NCBI GenBank assembly: GCA_000320545.1
Contig: ADNK01000140.1
Coordinates: 62,001 to 126,000, forward strand
Direction: 5' to 3'
Source of the DNA: Bigelowiella natans CCMP2755
Lineage: Eukaryota > Protista > Cercozoa
DNA length: 64,000 nt
In this document: one piece after another, positions 62,662 to 64,000 of the stretch
Numbering within the stretch: position 1 is the first letter of the stretch
Layout of the letters: every line of letters begins with the position of its first letter
Notes under the pieces: model-generated
The model's database searches: none
Told to the model about the DNA's origin: nothing
Seen by the model: only the letters and a program-made list of their open reading frames with translations
Made by a program: the position numbers and the translations under genes

Positions 62662-62748
62662 CTAGGCATGACACCACGACATCCCACGACTGCTGCATGA
62701 AATTACACTTGTTTACCTCATTTCCGTCCTATATATGTGTTCTCCTGT

Positions 62749-63999
62749 TCAACGCTGTTTGTTATCCTTGGTGTGATTATTCATTTGGGACAGAACCTCG
62801 TCAACTACCTGCACAATTCTTTTCGTGCTGTTAGAGTGTAGATCTTGCAATTGGATCTCAAGGTCATTCTTCTCAGAAGTTAGATTTTCGTTTTCCTTCA
62901 GTAAAGATGTTAAGTGTTGCTGCATGAGTTTCCTTCCAGCTTTGAAAAGTCTGAACTGTTCTTTCAAATCGTTGTGTTTAGATTCTAAATCTTTGTGGCT
63001 TCGTTGATTTATTTCATTCTCTGTCAACACAGACTTTGCCCATGCCCCCACCCGTCTAATTTCCTTCTTCGATTGTAAGAGCTCCTTTTCAAGACTCTTT
63101 TTATGCGTAGAAATCCTTTCTAATTTCAATCTTTTAGTGTTATCTAAGCGTTCTAATTGGCTCAATTTGGATGATACAAAGGCAAGTTGCCTCGTCATGT
63201 CTTTGCGAAATACTAATACATTGGACTTCATTCTCACCGCGACCCGTCTCATACCCTCAAGGCCCTTCTGTACCCTCTCTAGTCCTTTTGCAAGCCTATG
63301 AATATCGTCCGCATGCTTTCTACAACATCGTGACCAATCCGCGCTTCTTTCGTGCGCCTCTTGCCGGAGCCTCCGTGTCAGACTATAAATCTCTTCGTGT
63401 GTTTTGAACAGCTTCGTCGTACTATCCTTCCTTGTGTCAAGTGAGCGCCGCAGATGTTCGCACTCAGCTTTAATCTGCTTCTTTTCCCATTCAAGATTGA
63501 CTATCTTTGCATTCGCTTCTAAAATATCCAGATGGAGCACCGCACCCTCGATACTATCGTGTCCCATATAAGGAATTACGTTTCCAGTCTGCGATGAATT
63601 GACTTGAAGGGATTCTTTAATGGAGCGTTTATCGAAACCTGAGTTTCTATTTGGAATCATATCACGTAATGCTCTAGCAGCATTCATTGCTGTCTCTGCC
63701 TTTTTTTTTTCATGATTAGCGCGCTCTCGGGCACTAGCAAGTTCCAAGCGTAGCCGTCTGATTTCTTCCTCGTACTGTTTTTCCTTCGCCCCATTGTTTC
63801 CTGCCTCGAGGATTTGAGCAGCTGGAGCAGATAGTTTTTGGTCGCTCTTATTAAAATCATCCTTGTCGTCCATAGGCTTAGATTCGTTAGAGATATTCGA
63901 TGAAGTTGGCGGGACTCCAAGGTTCTCATGTCTCGTCTCGATTCTGGACTCGACCTCTTCCAAGTTATACGATAAGCTATTGAGATCTTCTGTTTCCAT
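62749..63999 (-). CDS. Long coiled-coil protein of unknown function (may extend beyond the window)
   Basis: 416-aa ORF with long heptad-like E/K/L-rich stretches (EEIRRLRLELASARER..., LEKELLQSKKE..., LLKENENLTSEKNDLEIQLQ). Confidence 0.65.
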   Translation of the reverse strand: METEDLNSLSYNLEEVESRIETRHENLGVPPTSSNISNESKPMDDKDDFNKSDQKLSAPAAQILEAGNNGAKEKQYEEEIRRLRLELASARERANHEKKKAETAMNAARALRDMIPNRNSGFDKRSIKESLQVNSSQTGNVIPYMGHDSIEGAVLHLDILEANAKIVNLEWEKKQIKAECEHLRRSLDTRKDSTTKLFKTHEEIYSLTRRLRQEAHERSADWSRCCRKHADDIHRLAKGLERVQKGLEGMRRVAVRMKSNVLVFRKDMTRQLAFVSSKLSQLERLDNTKRLKLERISTHKKSLEKELLQSKKEIRRVGAWAKSVLTENEINQRSHKDLESKHNDLKEQFRLFKAGRKLMQQHLTSLLKENENLTSEKNDLEIQLQDLHSNSTKRIVQVVDEVLSQMNNHTKDNKQR

Positions 64000-64000
64000 C

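Overview
Eukaryotic nuclear DNA that is intron-dense (GT-AG introns, many short exons, abundant microsatellites). It is probably from a protist or alga; the lineage cannot be fixed from this window. About 14 host genes are present. Recognisable ones are a universal stress protein, a haloalkane dehalogenase, an EEF1AKMT1/Efm5-like methyltransferase, a calmodulin-like protein, a Cys-less pentameric ligand-gated ion channel, a triple-MSP/TBC/EF-hand fusion, a MINPP1-like phosphatase and a 6xCCCH+SAM protein; the rest are of unknown function. One complete and very young Ty3/Gypsy-type LTR retrotransposon (7682-13397, minus strand) has identical 326-bp LTRs and a CACA target-site duplication. Most interesting: (1) its single Gag-Pol ORF ends, after the integrase, in a domain resembling a degenerate phage-Dam/DIRS-type N6-adenine methyltransferase, where chromoviruses carry a chromodomain; (2) it inserted into one of three islands upstream of genes that are strongly depleted of TpA (in two of them every surviving TpA lies in CTAG), while spacers between convergent genes are rich in purine-pyrimidine alternation and TCTAGA palindromes. 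Exon structures were read by eye, so gene ends are approximate unless stated. No rRNA, tRNA or CRISPR was seen.
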